Program-made: the position numbers and the translations under genes
The notes under the pieces: generated by a model
Databases searched by the model: none
What the model saw: the letters and a program-made list of their open reading frames with translations, nothing else
Told to the model about the DNA's origin: nothing
In this document: one piece after another, positions 1-10,622 of the stretch
How the letters are laid out: every line of letters begins with the position of its first letter
Numbering within the stretch: the first letter of the stretch is position 1
Assembly: GCA_964016885.1 (NCBI GenBank)
Contig: OZ024740.1
Span: forward strand, 22,816,001-22,880,000
Direction: 5' to 3'
DNA: 64,000 nucleotides
Source of the DNA: Eledone cirrhosa
Lineage: Eukaryota

Positions 1-366
1 TTACCTCATCAGCAGCAACCTTCTTCAAATGGTCATTATTATCAGCAGCAACAACCACAAATTCAATGGCAACCTTCTTCGCATGGAGTCAAGTCAGAAC
101 CGCCTCGAACTGGTTACTTCTGGCTTGTGTAAGGTGTCTCTATAGCAACCAGCGATTCCCTCGGCCTCAGTGACCAAAGTCAGTGGAGAGGGGAAGGTAA
201 TGTTTCTATAGCACGCGTTTTAGCGTCTTTTCACTCTCTCTCTCTCCCTCCCGATATCCCCCTCTCGTAGTCTGTCTCTTTCTTTCACTCTCACTCTCTT
301 TCTACGCACGTGTTTCCACTGTCGGACAGACAGACAGAGAAATTGCTGGTTATATATATAAGTAGA
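1..366 (-). mobile_element. Non-autonomous Helitron-like unit, 5' part (runs off window start)
   Basis: 1-366 is near-identical to 2276-2703. On the minus strand it begins TCTACTTATATATA... directly after the CTAG of the neighbouring unit. Confidence 0.6.
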
Positions 367-894
367 CTAGCAGAAAAGCACCCGGTGGGCGGTTTTCTGC
401 TAGCAAATCAAGTGTATATACTGATATTGTTGTGATTTGGATGAGAAATGTTTTCGGCATCACATGTTCACCGTCTCTCGCTGTGTCTTTTATGCATGTA
501 TAAATATATATGTTATCTGTACGGTGAAATCTTTGAAATAAATATATGTTAAAACGAAAAAGGAGAAAAAGAGATTAGTGACGGAAATATAAACGTTATG
601 ATACATAAACGTTATGATATAACGATGGAAATATATCTTCAAAGGTCCTTGGCATGGTGTCAAGTCAGAACCGCCTCGAACTGGTTACTTCTGGCTTGTG
701 CAAGGTGTCTCTATAGCAACCAGCGATTCCCTCGGCCTCAGTGACCAAAGTCAGTGGAGAGGGGAAGGTAATGTTTCTATAGCGACAGTGTTTCTCTTGG
801 TACTACCAAAGTTAAGAAAGGAAGGGGAAGGTAATATTTCTGTAGCACCTACATTTGAGTTTTAGGGAAGGACAGACAGAGAGACAGACAAACA

Positions 895-914
895 GAGAAA
901 TGCCCATATATTTC

Positions 915-969
<55 letters not shown>

Positions 970-1145
970 CACACACAGAAATGTATATATATTTCTGTGT
1001 GTGTATATATATATATATTACACACACAGAAATGTATATATATTTCTGTGTGTATATATATATATTACACACACAGAAATGTATATATATTTCTGTGTGT
1101 GTATATATATATATATTACACACACAGAAATGTATATATATTTCT
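895..1145. repeat. Palindromic minisatellite, about 4 units of TTTCTGTGTG(TG)-(TA)n-TTACACACACAGAAATG
   Basis: Directly visible tandem units of about 50 bp, each self-complementary around a (TA)n core. Confidence 0.85.
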
Positions 1146-1257
1146 TAGAACAAAATTATTATTAATGTTTTGCTGTTCATAACAATTGGAATTGAAAAAT
1201 TACTTTTGAAATTATTAGTTATTTTACTAATGCTTAGATATGTAAAAATGAAGCAAT

Positions 1258-1458
1258 GTTTCTAATAATTGTTTCTACTTTTGGCACAAGGCCAGCAATT
1301 ACCCAGTACATTACTGGTACTTTATTTTATCGACCCCGTGAGGATGAAAGGCAAAGTTAACCTCGGCGGTATTTGAACTCAGACCGTAAAGGGACGTAAC
1401 TCCATGCTCTGAAGCATGGTGTCCGACTCTCTACAGATTCTGCCAATCCACCGGCCTA
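1258..1458 (-). mobile_element. tRNA-derived SINE (octopus-type)
   Basis: The reverse strand shows an A-box-like TGGCAGAATC and B-box GAGTTCAAAT, then CCGCCGAGGTTAACTTTGCCTTTCATCC...GGGGTCGATAAAATAAAGTACCAG and the 3' motif GCTGGCCTTGTGCC before an AT-rich tail. Confidence 0.8.
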
Positions 1459-1740
1459 ATGTCTGTACGTAATGAGGGAGTGAGAGGGAAGAGAAAGAAA
1501 GGCAGAGGTGAAGTGACGAAGTGACTCTCTCCTCCTCCTCCTCCTCCTCCATCCCCCCATTCGTCACAGCGATAGAGGGGAGGAATGTTAGTGTGTTACA
1601 AAGAGAAAGAGTGAGAGTGAGAGAAACAGACAGACTAAAAGAGAGGGATAGCTGGAGAGAGAGATAGCAACTACGCTCGTACGTGTTTCCACTGTCGGAC
1701 AGACAGACAGAGGAATTGCTGGTTATATATTATAAGGAGA

Positions 1741-2703
1741 CTAGCAGAAAACCACCCAGTGGGCGGTTTTCTGCTAGCAAATCTAGTGTATATACTGATA
1801 TTGTTGAGATTTGGATGAGAAATGTTTTCAGCACCACATGTTCACCGTCTCTCAGTGTGTCTTTTATGCATGTATAAATATATATGTTATCTATACGGTG
1901 AAATCTTTGAAATAAATATATGTTAAAACGAAAAAGGAGAAAATAAATAACTGGCGGTTAGAAAAAAATATTCCTATGAAATTTTAATCATACCATTAGG
2001 TGTGAATAAGGAAATATTTTTTTATTGTCAAAACAAATGTTCAAAAGTTAAACTTCAATTTTTTGAATTATTTCCAATTTTTTCATGAAATTGAACACTG
2101 GACATTGGCTGCTGGAAATGGAAATTAAATCGTATTTAATTGTATTTAAATTTCTAATCTTATTTTATTATTTATATTTTTTCAATAAGAAATAAAAAAA
2201 AACAAAAAAAAATATTGAAGAAAAAATTGAACAAATCAAACGTAGGTTATGGAACTGCGCAATCTGATTAATAAATTACCTCATCAGTAGCAACCTTCTT
2301 CAAATGGTCCTTATTATCAGCAGCAACAACCACAAATTCAATGGCAACCTTCTTCAAACCGCAAATTGAATGGCTTCCTTCTTCGCATGGTGTCAAGTCA
2401 GAACCGCCTCGAACTGGTTACTTCTGGCTTGTGCAAGGTGTATCTATAGCAACCAGCGATTCTCTCGGCCTCAGTGACCAAAGTCAGTGGAGAGGGGAAG
2501 GTAATGTTTCTATAAAGGAAGGGGAAGGTAATATTTCTGTAGCACGTGTTTTAGCGTCTATTCACTCTCTCTCTCCCTCTCTTCCTCCCGCTATCCCCCT
2601 CTCGTAGTCTGTCTCTTTCTTTCACTCTCACTCTCTCTCTACGCACGTGTTTCCACTGTCCGACAGACAGACAGAGAAATTGCTGGTTATATATATAAGT
2701 AGA
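1741..2703 (-). mobile_element. Complete ~963-bp non-autonomous Helitron-like unit
   Basis: Minus strand: host A then 5' TC at 2703. The 3' end is CTAG (1741-1744) inside the palindrome CTAGCAGAAAACCACCCAGTGGGCGGTTTTCTGCTAG. No TSD or TIR seen. Confidence 0.65.
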
Positions 2704-2705
2704 TT

Positions 2706-2878
2706 AGTAACACAACAATTAGTTCACCATATCGAGAACAATTATTTCACCTTATGAGGATCTTCAGCTCGGTCTGGTAATGTTTATCCTGTTCCGTATA
2801 ACCATTACCAGTCCTAGCTGATGATCCGCATAAGGTGAAGCAATTGTTCTCGGTATGGTGAACTAATTGTTGTGCTAC
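2706..2878. repeat. Inverted repeat (~80-bp arms) with hammerhead-like core, Penelope pLTR-like
   Basis: CACAACAATTAGTTCACCATA...GGTAATG is the reverse complement of CATTACC...TATGGTGAACTAATTGTTGTG. The right arm contains CTGATGA-TCCGCATAAGG-TGAAG. Confidence 0.75.
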
Positions 2879-3059
2879 CACTTCTACCTAACTCGACCCA
2901 TGGACTGAGTGCTCTACCACTACGGATATTACCTTCCAGTGTTCTATTTCTCTCTCTCTATATATATAGGTATATATATATATATATATATATGTATATG
3001 CACTCACATATATACACATATAGACATTTAAATCGACTAAGCCAAACATTCACACAGCC

Positions 3060-3260
3060 TTGGTAAGTCGGTTCGCGACCTTCGGTCACGTCGCACTCGA
3101 GCAATACTATTAACATATAACCCAGTACAACCTGTTACATGGTTGGGAGGTCGGCAGCTAAACCGACACAGCCCCACCAAACTTGCTTGGGTACCCCATG
3201 GGATTAAAAGCAAAACCTTTAAAAGGTTGTAGTAACTCAGGAGAGTCAACGGCCATGCAC
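3060..3260 (+). mobile_element. RTE-type 5'UTR-derived repeat fragment
   Basis: Shares CCCAGTACAACCTGT...CCCCACCAA...AAAACCT...AGAGTCAA(C/T)GGCCAT with 27170-27325. Confidence 0.5.
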
Positions 3261-3914
3261 GAATGTATGTACCTATGTATATATTCTTTATATAATTTAT
3301 GTGTAAAACTATTCTTCTGGTGCGGAGGGTGAATTTTTGTCATGTTTCTGTAAGGTATACCAGGTTATAATGCTTTATTTCTTATTGTGTGGAACTGAAA
3401 CCTGGACAGTATATAAAAGTCAATTAGACAAGTTACATTCATATATGATGAGACAGCTGTGGGAAGTTTGCCAAGATCAGGAATGATGTGACCCTTTGGT
3501 GTTCTGGTATGACTCATTTGATGAGAATCCTCATTGATAGAAACTTACAATAGTTGAGACGCATACACATGATGGACAACAGCAAACTCTCAACTATGCA
3601 CGGGCTACAGAAAGCAAGGAAGACCTAGACTGAATTCAAAGGTACTGTAAAAAAGATTATAAAGTTGTGCTCTCAGTCGCTTCACACTATGAAACAGGGA
3701 TAAGCACAAGCCAAATGAACTTTCTGGCTTAAGACAGACTTTAGACTTTATATATATATATATACACACATACAAATAAAAGGCAGAGTTAATAAGTCAT
3801 ACTGATACCCTGTAAATAACAAGCTCAAAGTATAAATACTTTGCTTCTGGTTAAATTTCTCAAACCAACGTGGTATTTCAACCCTCGTAGTTTTAGACAC
3901 ACGATTTACTGTGT

Positions 3915-3970
3915 GTATTACTTCTGTCTGATGACCCTGTGATAATCAGGTGAAATTCCAGAGTAACAAG
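3915..3970 (+). ncRNA. Candidate minimal type I hammerhead ribozyme (Penelope-like)
   Basis: Order of elements: stem I ATTACTTCTGT, core CTGATGA (3928), stem II CCTG/CAGG, GAAA (3952), short stem III, TA cleavage site, stem I partner ACAAGTAAT. Confidence 0.6.
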
Positions 3971-4021
3971 TAATTTGTCCTAATAAATGAATATATATAT
4001 ATATAAATATATATGTATGTG

Positions 4022-4052
<31 letters not shown>

Positions 4053-4063
4053 ATACATATATT

Positions 4064-4198
4064 TATTTATTAAAATAACAGATTAAAGTTTAAGCAAAGA
4101 ATCGCTGCTTTCGCCCTTAACGGGATCTTCTGAAGATCCCGTTAAGGGTGAAAGCAGCGATTCTTTGCTTAAACTTTAATCTGTTATTTTAATAAATA
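4064..4198. repeat. Near-perfect 135-bp palindrome centred on a hammerhead-like core
   Basis: 67-bp arms around T4131 with one mismatch seen. Contains CTGAAGA-TCCCGTTAAGGG-TGAAA. Confidence 0.9.
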
Positions 4199-4310
4199 TT
4201 TTCTCAACGGTTCTTATATATTTGATTTATATTTATCCTTATCGAGCCCTCTTTGGATTTTAGTCTTCACATTTTTATTATTACTATATATATATATATA
4301 TATATATATA

Positions 4311-4388
4311 TGCTTGAAGTGAATTGCATCCTTGTATACTGAATATATATATATATTCTGTATATAAGGATGCAATTCACTTCAAGCA
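4311..4388. repeat. Inverted repeat around a (TA)n core
   Basis: TGCTTGAAGTGAATTGCATCCTT ... AAGGATGCAATTCACTTCAAGCA. Confidence 0.85.
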
Positions 4389-4477
4389 CTCGACGTCATA
4401 TTAGTTCTTTAAAACAAGGATGATGGAGTATATTTATAAAGAGGAAAATGCGAAGTTGTAAATGTTAGAGTGTTTCA

Positions 4478-4726
4478 TTAATTGAGCCGTTATACATATT
4501 TCCATGAAGATAGATATCTTGATTTCTTTGGACAGCAAAATTGAGTAAAAGGTAACATTTCCGAGGGAATTATGTGAGCGGACATCCAAAGCAAAAACAT
4601 ACACTTTTTTTAGTCCGCTTACTTCCACCCATTATTGCCTCGGAAATGTTACCTTTTACTCAATGTTGCTGTCCGAAGAAATCACGATATCTATCGTAAT
4701 GGAAATATGTATAACGCCTCAATTAC
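4478..4726. repeat. Foldback/MITE-like inverted repeat, ~100-bp arms, ~40-bp spacer
   Basis: AATTGAGCCGTTATACATATTTCCAT...GGTAACATTTCCGAGG pairs with CCTCGGAAATGTTACC...ATGGAAATATGTATAACGCCTCAATT. Confidence 0.75.
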
Positions 4727-4916
4727 AGAAGGACTCGCATTTTCCACCAACTCACATCTAGCCGTTGATATCTGTCCTTCCAGGTAATATGTTACCCAAC
4801 ACCGCTTCCAAGGTATTTTGCTGTTGTAACTGCTCCCATATGCCGAGTTTTCCCATTTACCTGAGAATCCTAATACATTCGCGTCTCAAAACTCTACTTT
4901 CGAGTTAATTTGTTTA

Positions 4917-4957
<41 letters not shown>

Positions 4958-5028
4958 AGTAACGTTGCTTGGATACGTCCATAGGCGGTATGCCGGTTGA
5001 GCACTCTATGCTCCTTCTGAGCAGAGTA

Positions 5029-5320
5029 TGATAATATGGAAAACAAAGAATCAGTGATGCATCGGAACACAATTTATTACGTATTACAATTGTTTCTCCG
5101 GCGAACAGCTCGAGGTGCGATCTGTTTGTGGATCGAACCTGCCTCTGGATTCGCAAGTTCCTCAGATACGTCTAGTGACTTCGAAGCAAATCCTCTTTCT
5201 GATGGACTCCGACCCTCAGGATTTCTATCATCTGCCGTCATGCTGTCTGCGCGGCCCGTTGATTGGTCAAGAGTTCGAGACGTCATCTGTATGTTTGACC
5301 ATTCAAAGCTGATCACTGAC

Positions 5321-5326
<6 letters not shown>
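5029..5326 (-). mobile_element. Putative solo LTR next to (TA)n
   Basis: On the minus strand it starts TG and ends CA, with TGACGT and CCAAT motifs in the 5' part and AATAAA about 30 nt from the 3' end. A homologous 3' segment recurs at 5395-5490. Confidence 0.45.

Positions 5327-5394
<68 letters not shown>
5327..5394. repeat. (TA)n microsatellite
   Basis: Direct observation. Confidence 0.95.
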
Positions 5395-5395
<1 letters not shown>

Positions 5396-5501
5396 CACAT
5401 ATGGATCGGAGAATCAGTCGTGCGACGAATTAGAATTTATTAGACATATTACAATCGTTTTTCTGTCGACCAGCTCGAGGCACGATCGATGTAATGAGAA
5501 A

Positions 5502-5502
<1 letters not shown>

Positions 5503-5594
<92 letters not shown>
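5503..5594. repeat. (AAT)n microsatellite
   Basis: Direct observation. Confidence 0.95.
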
Positions 5595-5596
<2 letters not shown>

Positions 5597-6439
5597 GGGA
5601 AGAAGACGCACAATCAATTGTGAAATAACAATTCTTAGTACAAATGTTGCATAAACCACCGAATCAGGTCCCATAAAGTTTCGGATCCATATTATATTGT
5701 TGTATCGCTCAAATATTCAATTTTGTATTATATATTTTGTATTCAAAAAAAGAAAATGGTTATAAATGGGAAAAAAACACCCTCTGTCTACACTATATAG
5801 AACAGCCAAATAACAGCAATTTCACCAACACCAGAAACTTGATACACCACCTATCTCATCACACTAAATATAACAGTCAGATAACGGCAATTTCACCAGC
5901 ATCATAATAATAATTACTATTATTATTGTCTCAAATTTAAAAAAAATGTTTAATTCCAATTTTACGGGAATATCTCAACACAAAATATAATAAAAATATA
6001 TATTAGACATACGAACACAAACTCATAGATACTACATATCAGTAACCACAACGCCACCGCTGCCACCACCCCACCCCATCCATCATTGCTACCACGATCC
6101 CATCGTCGCCGCCACCACTCCTTCAATGCTACCACCACTATTCCCCTGTTAACTTGAGAGAGAAAAGGGGAAGGTGGCGGTATCACTAGACAAGGGAGAG
6201 GCTAGCAAAAGATATAAATAGATTGACTTAGTGACCTGGCCACCAGCCAAACATAAACATCAACAACTATGGGACTGCTGGCTCACCGCTTCCTCACCAA
6301 CAATATAAAAAGCCCCGGCACCACCACCGACATAGCCAACAACAATAACAGCCAACTACAACAAAAAGTATATTATATTATTGTAATGCACTGGGTGATT
6401 GCTGGCCTTGTGCCTGGAGTGGAGACAATTATTAATAAT

Positions 6440-9400
6440 TTCATTCTTAAGCCACGCAATGCTCACATTAAGGAACCACTCATGATAATAACAATTTAAA
6501 AAAACAACAAAAAGAAAACCCCGTGACCAAGAAATACCGGGATGGCGGCCGGCGGGGAATAGCCGTGTTTCTAGGGGAGAACGACCCCTCTAGTCTTGGT
6601 TGACACTCGTTCTAGAAGTGGTAACACGAAATGATTACCCCTTGGCGGATAAGGATAAAACGCGACAAAATAAAGTAAATGTCTAATGATAAAATCTCAT
6701 ACCGGATCGGCCGTCACCCGGGTAAAAAAGGGCCGCGTCCCTCAGAGAGGAACCAGACTGGGGTCGAAAAATCAGCTAATGGTTCAAACCTTCCCATCAC
6801 TTCGGAGCTGGAGACCTCCCATAACCGGAATACTCCTACTGTTGGCCCTCCATGCTCACCACCAAGAAATCCAAAGAAAAAGAGAGAAAAATGGTCAAGG
6901 GAAGATAATAAAGAAGTCCTTGAGGCTTTCTACACTGCCATGTACTACCCATCAAATACATCGAATACAGAACAGACATATATCAACTGGAAAAAGAAAC
7001 ATCCCGAAAACAGAGGCTATATTGACAGTAACAAACTAGCCAATATACGAAGAAATATTGTAAGAAAAAAGTTACTAACTGATATAGAAATTGATCAGAT
7101 CAAGCTATTAGCACAAAGTCAGCGAAGGGAAAATGAAACATGTGTCAGTGAAAACGAGGTAAACTGTAACACTTCGAATCCCAGGGTTGGGGCGGAATCA
7201 CTGGCAACAGAACAAATTAAAGAAAGGATCTAAAAAGTGGAGGGAGTGCATGCTCAGGATGAAACTCCAAATGAAAATAATGAGATCGTAAATGATAAAG
7301 AAATGAATGAGAATGAACTTGCCAACTTGAAGGATGAAATTATGATCGAATGGATGAAAATGAAAGAATCTGACATGGGGCAACGAGACACCCTCCCTAA
7401 GATCCAGAACTCCAAACAGAACCAAAAGATAATACACAAGACTAACATAATTCTCAAAAACATTATCATCACAAACAAACTAAACATTACTGATTTAAAT
7501 CATCTCTATTATGCATCGGCTAAAGTCACCACTCACTTATGTGGAGTGAAGATGAAAAAACAAAGGAATTCCCACAAGAAATCTACTTGGCAAGAGAACA
7601 TCAATCGCCAAATAAACCTTCTCCGATCTGACATAGACATTTTAACAAACTATAAAGTAGGTGAACATGTTAAACAAACTAAACTTAGAAAATTGAAAAA
7701 AAGTACAGTATGAAATCAACATGTGACATAGACATGCTGATAGAAATAGTCAAGCAAAAAGTGTCGGCCAAAGCTGCTCGTATAAGGCGCTTTGAAAAAC
7801 GATCTAGATTCTATAAGGACAATAATATGTTCAAAAACAACCAAAGAAACTTCTACAGAAAAATTGGTAAGTCAACAATAACTGCTAAATCAATACCACC
7901 CAAGGAGGAAGTGCAAGAATTCTGGGAAAAGATCTGGGCCGAAGAAAAAGTTCATAACATACATGCCCCATGGATAGACAGACAAATGAAAGATACAGCT
8001 CACCTTGAGGAACAAACATGGGAAAATATAACAGTTGAACAGTTGCGCTTAGCTCTAAGAAAAACCAGCAAATGGAAATCCCCAGGAAAAGACAAAATAC
8101 AAAACTTTTGGATAAATGCCTTCACAGAGTCTCATGAGCTGTTAGCCCAACTTTACAATGAAATAGTTAAGGAGCCAGAAAAGATACCATCATGGCTAGT
8201 TAACGGCATTACATTCCTGCTTCCGAAGAATGATGAGACAAACAATCCCAAAAATTACAGACCGATAACTTGCTTGACCACAATGTATAAAATTTTAACA
8301 TCAGTCCTAATTGAATACACATATGACTACCTGATAACAAATGACCTATTTCCCATTGAGCAGAAAGGGTGTAAACGAGGCTCATATTGCTGTAAGGATC
8401 AGCTTCTGGTTAACAAAATGATACTGGAAGATTGTCATAATAGACACAAAAATCTATCGATTGCTTGGATAGATTATAAAAAAGCATTCGATAGTTTGCC
8501 ACACAGTTGGATTGAAAAATGTTTAGAGATTTTCAAAATATCCCCCGTTGTCAGGAGGTTTTTGTCATTCAGTATGAAGACATGGAAAACGACACTCCTT
8601 TTGAATAGTGAAACAAAATCACTGGAAGCTGGAGAAGTTAATATTAATTGTGGAATTTTTCAGGGTGACTCTTTATCACCGCTTTTATTCTGCATCGCAC
8701 TTATACCATTAAGTAAAATGCTCAATGAAACAAAACATGGATATAAAGTCTATGACAAAACCATTAATCACCTGTTCTACATGGATGACCTGAAACTATT
8801 TGCAAAAAATGATGAACAATTGCAAGGGCTATTATCCACTGTGAAGCAGTTCAGTGATGACATTAAAATGGAGTTTGGACTAGATAAATGCGCCAAAGCA
8901 ACGTTCACCAGAGGAAAGCTGCTGAAGAGTTCAGACATTAATCTTGATCGGGGGAACGTGATAAGAGAACTTGATCAAGAAAAAACTTACAAATATCTAG
9001 GTGTTTGTGAAGGAGACGGAATCAAGCACTCGACAATGAGGGAAAGGATAAGGAAGGAATGTTACCGCAGAGTAAGAGCAATCTTAAGAACGGAATTGAA
9101 TGCAAGGAATAGGATCGATGCCATAAACACGCTTGCCATACCAGTAGTAACCTACAGTTACAATGTCATCAACTGGTCAAGCACAGAGATCCGTAGGCTC
9201 GATACAAAAATTCGAACATTCTTAACCATGCACAGAATGCATCACCCTAAGGCAGATATAGATAGAATATATCTCCCTAGGAAAGAAGGAGGACGTGGGT
9301 TAATCCAGTTAGACATTGCGTTGAAAACTGCAACAATTGGATTATCTACATATCTAAGGGAATCACATGATTGGATGATCAAACTCGTTTTGAAACACGA

Positions 9401-10402
9401 AAGCATCAAAAGATCATATTCCATTACAAAAGATGCACAAAGATACAGTAATGGACTACAAATTTCAGAAGTCCCATTTACTGCTGAAATGGAAAACACA
9501 GAAAAAGCAAAGCAGGTAAAAGTAACTGCAAAGAAAGAACTGCTACAGAAACTGGCTAAGAAATGGCAAGAAAAGCCTCTGTATGGAAAATACCCAGAGC
9601 GAGCTAACAATCCTGATGTTGACAAAACATTAACCCATCAGTGGTTGGCATCCTCTGGACTGAAATCGGAGACTGAAGGACTGATTATATCGGCACAAGA
9701 TCAGTGTCTGCCAATAAAAAATTACCAAGCCAACATAATAAAAAATGGGTGCAGCCCATTATGCCGTGTATGCAAAACACAACCAGAGACCATTGACCAT
9801 ATAATTTCAATGTGCAGTGCTATAGCTCCAACCGAATACCTAAACAGGCATGACAGAGCTGCACAATACATACATTGGATAATGTGTAAGCATTTTGACC
9901 TGCCCCATCAAAAGAATTGGTGGGAGCATCAACCACCTCCCATACTTTAAAAAGATCACATCTCCGAAAGATCACATCAGACCGAAAAATAGATGCAAAT
10001 AGACCTGATATAATATTGAAGGACTTTCAAAAGAGGGTATGCCTGCTAATTGATATGTCTGTTCCAATAGACAAGAATGTATCTATAAAAACATTTGAAA
10101 AATTGAGCAAGTATAAGGACCTGGAGATAGAAATTGGAAAAATGTGGAAATTGAGAACTAAAACAATACCAGTGGTTGTAGGCGCTCTGGGAATGATACC
10201 TAAGGGGTCTAATGACTACTTATCGCAAATCCCAGGAAACCCGCGTATAGGAGAAATACAAAAGATAGTACTAATGGGAACTGCCCATATACTAAGGAAG
10301 ATTCTGTTAATATAAGTACATCACAAGTCTAAATACTAAAGATGCATGTATGAATATGTATGTTCTTTCTTGAACATGGCGGACCTTGTTGTCTCTTGAG
10401 GT
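6440..10402 (+). mobile_element. R4/Dong-clade non-LTR retrotransposon, near full length, disrupted
   Basis: Originally one ORF with an N-terminal 'REKWSREDN..EAFY' block, RT (NYRPITCL, WIDYKKAFDS, GIFQGDSLSP, YMDD), CCHC finger (CRVC..TIDHIISMC), RHD, and restriction-like endonuclease motifs (RPD..D..K..KY). No APE domain. Confidence 0.9.
6679..10315 (+). pseudogene. R4/Dong RT-RLE polyprotein, interrupted
   Basis: ORF pieces 6679-7233, 7237-7713, 7710-9950 and 9917-10315. Lesions: in-frame stop at 7231, frameshift in an A-run near 7700, stop/indel near 9950. Confidence 0.85.
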
Positions 10403-10622
10403 TTACATAAAGTAGACATTAAGGACAGTACAGGACAATACAGGACGGTACAAATGGGCATTTCTGCGTGTAAAAAAAACAGAGGATGTAATAAAATAAC
10501 AAAGAAAAATTCCCCAATAGGGGGGAGACTTCCGAGGGACATTTGTGGAGAAAGCCCATTAAAAGACCACAGTGACCCTGACCACCAGGGCAAGTGCTCT
10601 CTCCCAGTTTTCCACTTTTAAT

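Larger units (their letters stand above)
367..1740 (-). mobile_element. Rearranged Helitron-like unit containing SINE and minisatellite insertions
   Basis: 367-570 matches 1741-1943, 651-783 matches 81-211, and 1681-1740 matches 309-366. Minus-strand termini are TC (1740) and CTAG (367-370), with a terminal hairpin. Confidence 0.5.

Noticed and set aside
812-1182. YI-repeat ORFs (also at 5036-5674, 23250-23573, 25300-25608, 27006-27309)
   Set aside because: Microsatellite translations.
7710-9950. Bacterial retron, group II intron or DGR reverse transcriptase system
   Set aside because: The RT-CCHC-RLE layout is that of eukaryotic R4/Dong non-LTR elements.
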